The notes under the pieces are model-generated. The model saw nothing but the letters and a program-made list of their open reading frames with translations, did not search any database and had not been told where the DNA came from. Position numbers and translations under genes: made by a program. Of a stretch of 64,000 bases of DNA, positions 13,805 to 26,748 are shown one piece after another (positions within the stretch are counted from its first letter, which is position 1; each line of letters begins with the position of its first letter). The DNA lies in contig NC_043018.1 of assembly GCF_006345805.1 (NCBI RefSeq), forward strand, positions 12,462,001 through 12,526,000, in the 5' to 3' direction. The stretch is from Octopus sinensis. Its lineage: Eukaryota.

Positions 13805-13891
13805 TTCTTCCTGAAGAGAAAGACACAATATGGTCCCATTATTCAATCGGATTTTGGTAATTTGTGCCTTTCGAAACACGTGTAGAATGAA
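13805..13891 (+). ncRNA. Type I hammerhead ribozyme motif in PLE 3' pLTR
   Basis: ttc-CTGAAGA(13811-17)-stem II gaaagacacaa/ttgtgcctttc-GAAA(13873-76)-palindromic CACGTG-TA-gaa. Confidence 0.82.
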
Positions 13892-14098
13892 ATAAAACGA
13901 TTTCTGTTCAATCTGCGTTCAGCTCCATTCTTCAATTCACCAATAATGTTTTAATTTCAATTATCCGCACCAACGCACGGTTGCAACGCCAGATGGTTGT
14001 ACCTCCAACCGTGCTGTTTACTGCTGTGATTTTTGCTACTAAGGTATCGGTTAACTTTTGATTAATCTACAACAAGATTATTCATCTTTCTATTTCAC

Positions 14099-14150
<52 letters not shown>

Positions 14151-15851
14151 TTAGTAGACATCAATCTATAAACTCTCCAGAGAAGGTGAAATAATTCATT
14201 TTTGGAACAAGGGATCTTGAAGCTCATAAAGCTACGATGTAAAATAGTGTAAATATTGGGTTGGTAAACCCTTTTGGAGAGAAAAAAAGTCAAAGACAGC
14301 CTTCAACTTTTTCTATCCAAAAGGGTTTTTCAACTCCATATTAAGATGGTCTCATTTATTTTTATGCGCTTCAAGAACCACTGTTCCAAAAAAAAAGTTA
14401 TCGTTGTATTGAGTGGTGGGGGGAAGTATTTTTGTGCATATTCTTCATTATTGTAAAATATAAAATTCGATTTTCTCACCGTGCTGATTAAAACTTATCT
14501 AGTAGAGATTACCTCCCTTACAATGACTGCTGCCAGCAGGAATGCCCCCTCCACTCCACCACCCGCGTTCAAAATATATTGGAGGGGGGGGGCGGAGTTA
14601 TGAAGAATTTATTAAGTCTCCGAGGATTTTGAAGGAAAGAGAAAATTACTCAAAATTATTTTTCTTTGACAAAATAAATGTGCACAAACAGGGGTACATG
14701 TGCATGAGTAGTTGCACATGCAGCAGTCACAGACAAATTATCATTTTTAATGTCCTATTTTTTCCCCCAATGCTTGAATGAGTCAGATGGAGTTTATTTG
14801 AAGCAGATTTCACCTGTTTTCAAGCAAAGCAATCTTCCATCATGGCCAGACATGATCTCGCAGAATACTGGAAATGAGTGACACTCATTTTACAACTATC
14901 ATGCAATGTCAAAACAAAGATGCACACACACACACACACACGATGAGCTTCTTTCGGTTTCCGTCTATCAAATCCACTTATAAGGCTCTGACTGGCCCAG
15001 GACTATAGCAGAAGACACTTGCCCATGGTGCCACACTATGGGACTAAACCTGGAACCATGTGGCTGAGTAGAAAATCACCACACAGCCATGCCTGTGTCC
15101 TCTAAGTGACCACCCCACCACAAAAAAAAAGAAAGAAAAAAAATCGCCTAGATTTCCTATAACTCAAAACAGGTTGTTAGTAAATGTTCCGTTGTGTGGC
15201 TAAATAGCATGCAGCTGTTTGTTTCTAGAAATATGAGATGAAAGTAGTGAGGCTGGGAAGCTTCGACTTATATCTAATTCTTTAGCATTCAGATTACTGT
15301 CAAACGTAATGCTTATTTGTTCACTTTGGAATTTACTATGCATTACCTCATAGCTTCAAGATTTTGGTGGCATGATAGTTAATGTTTAGAATGGCATTGC
15401 AGGGTAGGTGTGAGAGGCTGGATCTGGTCAGTCTGAACAATACACAGGTAGAATACTGGGTTGAATTTGGCTAGTTTAACACTTTAGTATTTAAACTGGT
15501 TATATCCAGCCCAAAATATTTTACCTGTCTTTCATTCAAACTGGCTGGATCTGACCCCTCACACCTATCCTACAATGTCATTTTGAAAATAAACAATCGT
15601 ATCATCAAAATCTTGAAGCTACGAGATAGGGTTAAACCTCAGACATTATGCTGTGACTTCCAATATAGTTTACTGCTAGTATTTGCCTGTCTTATTGAAA
15701 AAGTATTACAGTTGGCATCAAAAACCTAATTAGAAAAACTTATGTAATGAGAACAAAAATTAGTTCAACAATTAGTCGAGGGATGCTTTGGCATGTCCAG
15801 GGCACAACTCTCGATCTTTCCGTCTTGATGCTTTTGTTACCATATTTCTGA

Positions 15852-16074
15852 TTAACCCTTTCGTTACTCTATTTGTTTTGAGATGCTCTCTGTTTCTTTC
15901 AATTACTTTAAATATAACAAAGAATTTAGTAAAATTACTTGGTTATCATTCAGCCAGTGTTAATAAATTGTGACAAAGGTTTGGTGGAAGATTCTAATTC
16001 AAAACTTATGAAAACAAGACATTTGTACTCAGACCCAGAGCCGTTTTCAGCCAGGTTGGTAACGAAAGGGTTAA
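15852..16074. mobile_element. piggyBac-type MITE with TTAA target duplications, nested in an older related MITE
   Basis: TTAA-CCCTTTCGTTAC ... GTAACGAAAGGG-TTAA perfect TIRs. Confidence 0.8.
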
Positions 16075-17848
16075 CTACACTGCTTTTGTTTTAATTAATT
16101 TTGAAAATAATAAAGGATTTAATAAAATAACATTATTGTCAATCTGGTATTTGGAAGATAAATTAACATGAAACTTTGTTGGAAAGTTTTGATTTAGAAC
16201 ACTTTAAAACAGAAAGTTTGTATCATAGGAGAGGTCTTGAGTTGGTTGGTCTTAATAGACTTCTTCAGTAAACCACCAACCACCCTATATGCCAAGGTCG
16301 TCATGAGAGAATCATTAAATGAGTATGCAATATTGTTTGGACAATTAACCATGACTTTGTTTGTTCATTTAACACCTGTTTGTCTATGCTAGCATGGTTG
16401 AAATAAATATATTGTTGAGGCATTGTTTACAGTCGGATGCCCTTCCAATCCATTAAACCCTTATTTTTCAAGTAAATTAGCTCTTATTTCACATCTTCAA
16501 AGGTACAAAGTGACAACACAATACCACCCATAACTTGCATCTTTTGTAGAGCAAATGTAAAGAGAGGTACACACACACACACACATACAACAAGCTTCTT
16601 TTTGTCGTCCACATCCACTCAAGAATTTTGACCTATGATAGAGGACACTTGCCCAAAGTAACTGTGTAGTGAAACCAAATTCAAAATTCCATGATTAGGA
16701 AACCAACTTAACCAGAACCATGCCTTTTTTTTTTGTTCTTTTCCTTTTAATTTGTTTCATTTGTGGTTGTGTACCCTGCCATGCACAACAGAAACTTTCA
16801 TTATCTTCAAACTTCTGTTTAAACATTTTACATTTAGGAAAATAAATCAACTCTGCTGGAAAGGAATTTGAATTACTTAAAAAAAAAAAAGAAAAAAGAA
16901 AAAAAAGAAACAAGTACATCATAAAAGAGATATTTCAGCTATCTAAATCACACATTTTAGATAGCTAAAATGGTTCTTCCACAATATAATTGTTACAGTT
17001 TCAACACCATCTCAGGACTAAATCTCTTAGCAGAGAAGTACAACTCTGAAACTTAACCCTTTTATATTTAAACCAGCCACATTCAGCCCAAATATTCTGT
17101 TTAATATTCAAACTGGCCAGAAGCAACCAACCACTCCTACCTTACAAGGTTATTCTAAAATAAAACACATTTTCAAAGCTACAAGATAATGCGTGATTAA
17201 TTCAAATCATCATACATCCGCTTTCCATGCTAGCATGGGTTGGACAATTTGACTGAGGTCTGGAGAACCAGATGGCTGTACCAGACTCCAATCTCATCTG
17301 GCAGAGTTTCTACAGCTGGATGCCCTTCTTAACGCCAACCATTCCAAGAGTGTAGTGGGCGCTTTTACGTGCCAGTTGGGCGGTACTGCCAACGGCCCCG
17401 CTCAAATGGTGCTTTTTATGTGCCACCTGCATAAGAGCCAGTCCAGCGGAACTGGCAACGACCTTGCTCAAATGATTTTTCATGTGCCACCAGTACAAGT
17501 GCCAGTAAGGCGACGCAGGTAACGATCACGCTCGAATGGTGTTTTTTTACATACCACCGGCATGGAGTCCAGCTAGTTGCTCTGGCAACGATCTCACTCG
17601 TATGGTACTGTCAGCACTCCACTAGCACGGATGCCAGTCATCGAATTTGATTTCGGTGAATAAATAAAGATTACATTTGACAGTAAGTAATCAGAATGCT
17701 AATAAGTACAATATCAATCTTCCATCCATTCTTGAGCAACAACATACCACCACTACAATGGCAATTGCAGAGACCAAACCAAGCAAGCAAAACAAAATAA
17801 GATTCAATAAATCTTAATTCCAATATGGATGAATAAACATGTTCAAAC

Positions 17849-17945
17849 CTTGAGATAGTCTTGTCTTTGATTCTGTTTTAATTTTTCCAACACCACTAAG
17901 TTTCCTGCATCAATTCCATCAATATCATCTTTACTTTTGGTCTCT
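17849..17945 (-). CDS. UBE2Q: UBE2Q exon 5 (ETKSKDDIDGIDAGNLVVLEKLKQNQRQDYLK)
   Basis: poly-T gtag acceptor, AAG|gtttga donor, phase 2/0, conserved LEKLKxNQRQDYL. Confidence 0.93.
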
Positions 17946-18120
17946 CTACAAAAAAAAAAAAGCAAATATATATAGATTGGCAATAATTAGGGATTATATT
18001 TGAAGGCAACAAGATTCTAGTCTTATTCACTAAGTTTTATAGTTTTTATAAAGTACAAACAATATATTAAAATGTACAGAAGTAGGTAATTCTAAGATTT
18101 CAATTCAGTAGCCAACTCAC

Positions 18121-18203
18121 CCTGGAACTTCCTCTTCCATCTCATAATGGAATTCTTCTTCATCATCATCAGAATCTTCTCGATTAGACCGAATGGCTTG
18201 GTT
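18121..18203 (-). CDS. UBE2Q: UBE2Q exon 4 (acidic linker NQAIRSNREDSDDDEEEFHYEMEEEVP)
   Basis: ttttcag acceptor, gtgagt donor, phase 0/2, acidic linker with HYEM motif. Confidence 0.9.
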
Positions 18204-18794
18204 CTGAAAAATTTTATTACATATATCTTTTAACCTCTACAGTTTTACAATACATACATGTGTGTGTGTGTGTAGATAGATAGATATCATCATCATCAGA
18301 TAGATATATAAATTTAGTGGTTAAAAAATAAACATCATAATTGGTCATACAACTTCAAATCATCCCCATATGTTCACACCATCATCATCATTTAACGTCC
18401 GTTTTCCATGCTGGCATGGGTTGGATGGTTTGACTGAGGTCTGGAGAGCCAGGAGGCTGCACCAGGCTCCAATCTGATCTGGCAAGGTTTCTACAGCTGG
18501 ATGCCCTTCCTAACGCCAACCACTCTGAGAGTATAGTGGGTGCATTTTATGTGCGACCAGCACAGGGGCCAGTCAAGTAAGTTTGGCATTGATTATGTTC
18601 GGATAGTGCTTTTTACATGCCACTGGCATGGGAGCTAGTCGGGGGTACTGGCATGGAACACAGTCGGACGGTGCCTTTTACATACCACCGGCACAAGAGT
18701 CAGTCAGGGGACACTGGCCACAGCTACAATATCGGTTTTACTTGACTCAACAGGTTTTCTCAAGCATATTATATCACCCAACACATCAGGGGTT

Positions 18795-19350
18795 GGGGTG
18801 TTTAACACACAAAGCCCAAAGGTATAAATATATATACACACACACATATATAAAAAAATGTGTGAAAACCTGTGAAAAAGCATATAAAGAAAAAAATATA
18901 TGAAGAAAATATGAATGTATATAGCAAGGCAATTAAAATAATATAGTTAGACTATTAAATGTAAAGTGAATCCGGGATAATATTGTAATAATAATCCTGG
19001 ATTACCAGAATGGGAAACCTCTCTGATGAACATATATTTTTTTCATCTTGATGAAGGAGCCACTTCCGATTTGCTGTTTCAATGTGTAATGGATTGCAGC
19101 AGTGGCTCAGGAAGCAGCCACAGATGGGGATTTATTCTGACATTATTCTGGATTCCTTTTTTGCTTTTGGACTTGACGACAATGGATGTTATCCTGGATT
19201 CACTTTACAATTAATAGTCTAACTATATTATTTTAATCACCTCACTATAAACATTCACATTTTCTTCATATGCTTTTTTACAGGTTTCCACACGTTTTTT
19301 AATATGTGTATATTTCTATACGTTTGGGCTTCATGTGCTAAACTCCTTGG
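18795..19350. mobile_element. Degenerate PLE-type remnant with inverted arms (about 18800-18985 vs 19185-19345) and a decayed hammerhead at 19044-19126
   Basis: Imperfect inverted repeat read directly; catc-TTGATGA-ggagccact...agtggctc-ggaag..gatg. Confidence 0.5.
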
Positions 19351-19985
19351 TATTTTAATATGTATTTATGGTGTGACGAATTGGGGTGATTGAAGTTATA
19401 TCACCTCTGCAATAAAATACTTGTTCTTGTCCCTCTGTCATATTTTCACCACCCAACATTTAGCACAAATCCACTTCATTTAATACTGCACCTGCACCCC
19501 ACTCCGTCAAGGGGTCTTCCGAGTTAGTGGGTGGCCTTACTAGCGCCAGTGCCAGGAAAAAAGCATCCCATACACTCTGTAAAGTGGCTGGCATTAGGAA
19601 GGGTATCCAGCTGTAGAAAACCATGCCAAGATAAACAGCAGAGATTAATGCAGTCTTCTAGCTCACAGAATCCTATCAATCCATCCATGCCATGCCAGCA
19701 TAAAACAGATACTAATCGGTGAGGCTGACAAAATTATCCATTCAATATAGCCCAGTCTCCGTTTCAGATCCTCTAACAATGTTAAACACATTACACTCAA
19801 TTATTTTCTGATATGGTGACATCAAATGTTTTTGAACTGTAGACATTGCAAGAATATTCTGTAATTAGTGTTAGTGATAGAATAAAAACATGTTAATACA
19901 AATATTTCACACAGTTATTTTCGAAATATTTCATAACGCATCAAAGCAAATTGTAATAGTAAAGAAGGAAAGAAATGAAACTTAC

Positions 19986-20087
19986 TTTTGCAGCAAGATC
20001 TCTGTCGATATTTGTCACTTCAAACGGAACTGGTACATTATGAAGTGAGCAGAGCTGTGTTAACAAAATTTTCACTTGATCTAATAT
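19986..20087 (-). CDS. UBE2Q: UBE2Q exon 3 (ILDQVKILLTQLCSLHNVPVPFEVTNIDRDLAAK)
   Basis: ttttcag acceptor, gtaag donor, LCxLxNVP motif, phase 0/0. Confidence 0.92.
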
Positions 20088-20419
20088 CTGAAAATTAAAA
20101 CAAAAACATATGGCTTTACTTTAGTGAGAGAGAATAAAAACAAACAAAAACAAGTCGAAAATTGCTTATGATAGATAACAAAAGGAATGTTATTCTTTCA
20201 ACATGGTTGGGTTAATCCAAGCTTATATCTTGGTGGAATGGCTCAACAGAAGCGGTAAGATCTCAGGAGAGATTTACTTGCAATTTGTCTGCACATGAGT
20301 GTGTGCAAATCAGAGTCAAGAGTAGAAGATACCTGCCCAAGGTGCCACATAGAGAGACCAAACCTGGGACCACGTGGTTGGGAAGCAATCTTCTTAACAC
20401 AGCCACGCCTACAACTATA

Positions 20420-21600
20420 ATAAAGGATATCATAAACTATCAATATGAAGTTGATATTTGGAACGTTGTATCGCACATTTGACGTACGATGCAACGGGAA
20501 AATAAATAACTTCCTCACAAATCATTCTACTCAAGATACATAATACTTGTAATTACACTCAACAACATGCAACTCCCAGCTTTACACAACTCACCGATTT
20601 TCCACACTCTCTGTGAATGTCCATTTATATTGTGGCACAGTCCATTAGGAGCCAACCATGTAGGGGTGTTCTACTTCCACAGAACACCTTCCCCTTTTGA
20701 GATTGGCTTTGTCCTTTTTTTTCATCTATTTATTCTTTTATTTTTATCATAATTTGATTTCCTTGGTGAGAAACTGGCACACCTCTTTCTCTTGGCCTTA
20801 ATTTCCAGCATTTCTGTATGTTTTCTTTTCCTGTTTGACCTACGTGTCGGTTCTGCTTTCACTTGTGGTTCTGGGACCTCAAACATGTCATACCAAATAT
20901 CCATTGGCTCATCTCTGATTGGCACTCGTGCCAGTGGAACATTAAAATGTGCCAGTGGCACGTGAGAAACAACATTTGAACATGGTCGTTGCCAGTGTCG
21001 CCAGACTGGCTCCCGTGCAGGTGGCACATAAAAAGCACCCACTACACTCTCGGAGTGGTTGGCATTAGGAAGGGCATCCAGCTGTAGAAACTTTGCCAGA
21101 CCAGATTGAGTCTGGTGCAGCCTCTGGCTCAAAGTCCTCAGTCAAACTGTCCAACCCATGCCAGCATGGCAAGTGGACATTAGACGATGATGATGATACG
21201 TTTTAAAATACACTTTATCACCTGTGTTAGAAAATTTTGTTCTACTTCCCGAATTTTGTATTTTCCATTTTCTACTCGGCAACAATTTGTCAAACACAGA
21301 ACGAATCTTTCTGAAGAACATCAAATCTACCCAACAGTATTTGAATTCGGTGTTATTCTGTACATGTGTAAGAACTTTGTCATATTTCTATCTCCAAAAG
21401 CTTCCTGTCTGGTCCTTCTTAAGGTTCTCTTGAATGTGTCGGCGAATCTTTCCACTGACCTGTTTGACCTTGGATGTTCATGTGTGGAGTTCACACATGC
21501 TTCATCTGGACTGACTGACAGAATTTTTTGAATTCCTCTGCCGTGAACTGTGTGTCATTAATCCCCATCATGCTTCCACCCATTCACAATGTTTGTCCTG
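20420..21600 (-). mobile_element. Ty3/Gypsy 3' relic: integrase tail, PPT and start of 3' LTR, interrupted by a LINE-tail repeat
   Basis: RKIRSVFDKLLP and GDKVYFK peptides; minus-strand purine tract AAAAGGGGAAGG (20698-20687) directly followed by TGTT; distal LTR end approximate. Confidence 0.68.
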
Positions 21601-22228
21601 AATCTCAACAAAGTCAAGTCTGAAAATGCATGAAAAGCTTGCAATGGCAGGTAATCACTAATTTAATTGGCAAAGTTTCAGAAATTGGATCTTCTCCATT
21701 TTGACAGGGATAAAACCAATTATTTTTCGTCACACCCTTGAAAATAGGGAAAAAGCTTTTTATGAATAACGAAAATTTTCAAAAATTCTGGATTTTTTTT
21801 AAGGCAAGATTTCAACCAATTCAGTGACCAATTCAAATTGTCATATTTCCTAAAATATTCATCCAAAGTTCACAAATGGAGTATCAAGATGTTTCTTTTT
21901 GGATGTTCTCCAAGAAAAAAGTACAGTAGAAGTTAGATTTAAATGTTTTCAAAAATTCATAGTGATACCTACTACAACTGAGATTCTCTTTTCCTGACTC
22001 ACCTTCCCAACACACAGAGTAAAAAAATGCTTCTATTGTTTCATATTTACTTCACTGCTCCAACATTGCTGATATCCAAGACTACACTTCAAATATGTAT
22101 CATGTGAAAAAGAACCACTTCCAACATCAGAAGAGCATAGAATCTGACAAATGTTGTCACCAATCAAACCACTTAAGAATTTCGTAAACACTAAGGTTAC
22201 ATTTTTGAAAAAAAATCCCATCATACAT

Positions 22229-22510
22229 AGGTGCAGGCACGGTTATATGGTAAGAAGTTTGCTTCCTAACCACATGGTCCCAGGTTCAGTTCCACTGTGT
22301 GACAACATGAGCAAGTGTCTTCTACTATAGCCTCAGGTTCACCAAAACACTTGACAACTGGTGTTGGTGTATTTACATCCCCATAACTTAGCAGAAACTG
22401 ATTGACTAAGTACCAAGCTTAACAAAAAGTAAGGACTGGGGTCAATTCATTAGACTAAAAATTCAAGGTGGTGCCCCAGCATGGCCACAATCTAATGACA
22501 AACAAAAGAG
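22229..22510 (+). mobile_element. tRNA-derived SINE; other copies at about 5600-5735(-), 6465-6995(-), 10027-10190(-), 14942-15097(-), 20310-20412(-), 25310-25622(+), 26973-27347(+), 30213-30400(+), 30515-30680(-), 44135-44452(-) and 60665-60790(-)
   Basis: Pol III A-box (tggtaaga) and B-box (ggttcagttcc), followed by the shared body gcaagtgtcttctactatag and tail gtgccccagcatggccaca. Confidence 0.8.
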
Positions 22511-23049
22511 AAAAAAAGAAGATACTTGATTCCTTGGTGCACTTTGGACACATTGTAAATACACAACCGTCAGCAAATTAAACTTATTTACAAATTTAAC
22601 ATTTTATTATTATTCTTCTATAAACATAAAAGTCCAACTTTTATTCCAGTTTTATGGAAAATAATCTCTACATTTTGCTTTCTACTTTTTATTTCTGGTT
22701 TTACTCTCTCTTTCTCTCATTGATTTTAAATGGAATGCCATGATTGTACATAAAAAAAGAAATCCTCTTTCCTCCAAATTCTTATCCGAGAACATCTGAG
22801 GAAAGGAGAATTACAGAACAGCAGAAAAACATTTCCAAAGAGGAAGAAGCAGTCTTAGAGTAAGCTTACAGATAAGGTTTAACGAGCAAAAAAAGAAACT
22901 GAAGGTTTACCAATGTATTCCATATCTTTTTTTTAAAAAACAACAATCAGTACATGCTACTTAATTGTAAAAAGAAATCAATTTTGATTTGGAATTTTGC
23001 ATTTTCGAAATTAAATACAGTTCTTGCAAAAAAAAAATAATAATAATTC

Positions 23050-23700
23050 ATTCATTTCCTGATCTTTTTAGTGCTCACTTAAATGTGTCTATGAACCTTT
23101 CTGCTTGCCCATTTGATCTCAGGTGGTACAGTGGAAGAGATACCAATGATTGCATACCTCTTACAGAAATTTTTAAACTCATACCCTGTAAACTGCATTC
23201 AATTATCCAATACTATGGTGTCCAGGGCAACGTATCATGCAAAAATTTGTGAAGGAACCTTATTGTTATCTTTGAGGTTGATTGACTGCATTTACATATC
23301 TCCGGGCACATAGTATAGCTGCCTACTATGATCGGATAAAAGGTGCTATTTACCGATCCAGCAAAATCTATATGTAGCCAGGACCATGGACTGTCTGTCT
23401 TAGATGGAATTTCACTGGTGGTGACTTTGCTGTGGGAGCACAACCTCTGCAAGAGTTCGCCAATTCCTCACTATCACGGTCCACAGGAGGCCAATACACA
23501 CCTAACTCCTCATTACTGATTTCATTCTTGAAATCCCTGCGTGTCCCATATGAAATTCACTTAATACAGGCTTTTGTAGTGCAGCTGACACTACAACTCT
23601 TTGTGTGTACATCAACACATTATCACACAGAGAAAAAAGGCTCGCATTTGTGTTGCATATATTTTTATTTTCTTTTACCTTCACACAGTTTCTTTTAACT
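23050..23700 (-). mobile_element. Ty3/Gypsy integrase relic (zinc-binding and catalytic core)
   Basis: FHMGHAGISRMKSVMRS..YWP (HHCC region) and PWSWLHIDFAG motifs, with stops. Confidence 0.82.
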
Positions 23701-24485
23701 TATTTTGAACTTATTTCTAAGAAAAGTAGATAGCAAAAATGAGGCAATAGATTAACATGTTTCAGCATTAGGATTACTGGAAAGGGATTGGCTTTCTTTT
23801 CCAGACAAAATTGACTTAGGAAAATACCAACTGATTTATAAGTATAAGCCATGTTTATTCCTATTTCATGTAAATATAACAAATATTTGGAACAAAATAT
23901 TTTAATTTCTACATGGAGTTTTAAACCTATTCCTTTGACACAATGTTTCACTACCAAACAAATATAAACTTCAAAATACGTCCAAGTAGTTTAAGAAAAA
24001 TAAGGGTTTATGATACAGAACAAAAGAGATCTTGATTGTTTCCATTTGAACAATAATTGGCAACACAAGAGTTACTTGGCCCAAAACATAACAAGGAAAA
24101 TCCATTCCATAAAAAGCAACGCCGAAAGATTAATTTTTAAAAATCATTTCGTCAATGATGCTTTCGAAACCACAATTATGATATTAAAAAGGTTTTTTTT
24201 GGGGGGGGGGGAACACACACACACACACAGAAAGCGCATGGCCCAGTGGTTAGGGTGTTGCATTTACAATCCCAAGATCATAATTTTAGACTGGCAGCTC
24301 CCCTCCCCTCCACCGTAAATGAGTGACCCTGCAAACGATTGGTGTTCCATTCAGAGAGAATGTTGACCTGCCCAACCCTGTCAGTGGAGCTGTAATCATT
24401 CGAAAGCTACAATGATGCAAGGAAATACATTGTGACCAGCAGTGTACAATAATGTCCAATGGTCTGGTTTGATACAGTGATATGG

Positions 24486-24516
<31 letters not shown>

Positions 24517-25037
24517 TTACATACATATTTATAAAACACCTGAATTGTTTACTTTCCTTATATAAAATCTCATCTGGAATATTTCTAATATCAATTTACA
24601 CAACTATGAACTTTCTAGCCAAAAAGTTTATCTTTGCCATTGTTATTCCACTTCTGACGTAAAAATTGAAGATAATTCTGTTAACATTATCAAAAATTAT
24701 ATAATTCCCCTTGAACTTCTATCTCCACAATTATAGTCTTAAAAAAGACTTTTTTTTTTTTGTTTAAACAAAGTTTTATATATTGGACTATATTACTACT
24801 TTCACAGTTTTCCAAGCGAAACATTTCAACATTTTTGTAATACAAGATAAAAAATTCCAAAAACTTCTTATTCTATGTTGCAAAAGTTGTTTTTTGTTTT
24901 GTTTCGTATTTTTTACAGTTTAAAACAGAGACGGTCAAAATTGTACAAAAGGAAAAGTAACAAATGTTAACATTAAGGAGGAAACATTACGTGTGACACA
25001 AAACAGCAGAGATTAAAGTCAGTGGAACTTTGCTCAC

Positions 25038-25142
25038 AGTGTATTTATCAGCAGTGGCATTGCACAAATGTTCAATTGCACTGGTTATCATTGGGTCTTC
25101 AATATCACTGAACCATATCGGAGCAGACTGAGGATACGTCTC
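25038..25142 (-). CDS. UBE2Q: UBE2Q exon 2 (ETYPQSAPIWFSDIEDPMITSAIEHLCNATADKYT)
   Basis: ttccag acceptor, gtgagc donor, RWD-type YPxxxPxW motif, phase 0/0. Confidence 0.92.
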
Positions 25143-25909
25143 CTGGAAAGACAAAAGATTTCAACATAGAAAAACACATCTGTAGAAAACGATAAAAAAT
25201 ATGAAATGTAAGGATTAAGAAGAAATGAAAAAACAAGAATGGATAATGGTAGAAGAGTCATTAAATAGTGAAGGAGGGGTAAAGCATGAGGAATGGCAGA
25301 AGTCTCACTGGTCCTAGGTTCAATCCCAGTGCATGGCACCTTAGGCAAGTGTCTTCTACTATAGTCTCGATCCAACCAAAGTCTTGTGAGTGAATTTAGT
25401 AGATGGAAACTGAAAGAAGCCTGTTGTGTATGTCTGTGTCTGTCACCACTTGACAACTGATGTTGGTGCGTTTACATCCCCATAACTTAGCAGTTCAGCA
25501 AAAGAGACTGACAGATACCAAGCTTAACAAAAAGTAAACACTGAGGTCAATTCATTTGATAGATTTTTCAAGGCAGTGCTCCAGCATGGTCACAGTCAAA
25601 TGACTGAAACAAGTAAAAGATGAAAGGTAAGGAGTTTAGTAAGAGAATATCGAATTCTGTAGAGACAAGTCAGTCAAAACTAGTTGAGTTGTTTTGTATG
25701 TCCATAATACACACAAAATCTGTCAAGTAAACATAACTGTGGTGGGAACGGTATCAAAACACATGTTTGGTTTAACAGTAAAACAATCGCCACTGAAATA
25801 TTACATCTCACATAAGCAACCGTTAGAGATGATTATGACAATTTAGTTGTTGACCTTGATATATAAATCAAAAAAAAAAAAGACAAACTGATAGAAGCTT
25901 TAACAGATT

Positions 25910-26748
25910 TACGAGGTGGTATCAAAAGGTTCCTGGACTAGTTAGGTTTAATCAAGAATAACTTAGTTACCTAAGTTTTAACATCATCTCCTTCAAAACA
26001 GTCACCTTGCACAGCAATACACCAGCTCCTACATGCCTGCCACTTTTGGAATCCAGCCTTCAAGTCACTTTCCATTAGTGAGTCAGGGACCTTCTGCAAT
26101 CTGCTTTAGATCTCGACAATGGTGTTAAAATGGTGACCTTTGTAGCTGCATTTCCATTTTGGGAAGGAGATGCAAGTCCACGTGTGCTAAATCTGGCAAA
26201 TAGGGTAGGTGCTGAAGTGATACCATGTTGTTTTTGGCAAGTGAGGAGAGCTTGGTGCATTGTCGTTGCAAAGAATCCAATTCTTTACACTCCACAAATC
26301 TGGTCACTTTCCTCCCTCAAAACTCTTCAAAACATTGCAATAGAACTCTCAATTGATGGTCTGGCACAATACCAGTTGATGCTCATGGCAGGTTTTCCAG
26401 ATTGCCCATCATCTTTCAGAGACATTCTTTCACTTTTGAAGCCCCCCATGCCACTCGAAACATTGTATACAACCAATTGCCTCATCACCATAAGCTTGAA
26501 GCAAGCTCAATGTCTCTGGAGCAAATTTTCCAAGTTCAATGCAAAATTTCACATTGGCTCTTTGTTCCTGTCCATGACATAATCGCGGACTACAGCAGAC
26601 ACAGGATCACAAAAACACAAATTTCACAACTTGCAAAGTAAACACAGCAATGTCACTCAGCACACTGCCAGCTCTCACTGCACATGCAACCATGTGCTGC
26701 CATCTGTTGGTGTGCTACAGAACTAGTCTAGGAACTTTTTGATGTTGT
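25910..26748 (-). mobile_element. Internally deleted mariner (Tc1/mariner) element
   Basis: TIRs 25921-25943 / 26721-26743; decayed HPPYSPDLAP motif (HLPYLPDLAH) on minus strand. Confidence 0.82.

Larger units (their letters stand above)
11362..14100 (+). mobile_element. 5'-truncated Penelope-like retroelement (GIY-YIG endonuclease, Naiad-like) with inverted ~640-bp pseudo-LTR arms
   Basis: 11362-12002 is the near-identical reverse complement of 13313-13952. The frameshifted + strand ORF has VRIAFSNTKNLAQIIASHN, VYQCKV...TYVGASS.RLSLRVSNH (GIY-YIG) and QCNL..SE.HI. Both ends sit in (TA)n tracts and each arm carries a hammerhead. Confidence 0.88.

Noticed and set aside
12200-14100. Selenocysteine recoding/SECIS as reported for some Naiad PLEs
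   Set aside because: I could not identify an in-frame TGA at a conserved Cys position or a SECIS by eye; a SECIS search would be needed
22229-22310. tRNA-like A/B boxes
   Set aside because: SINE heads without a cloverleaf; not tRNA genes
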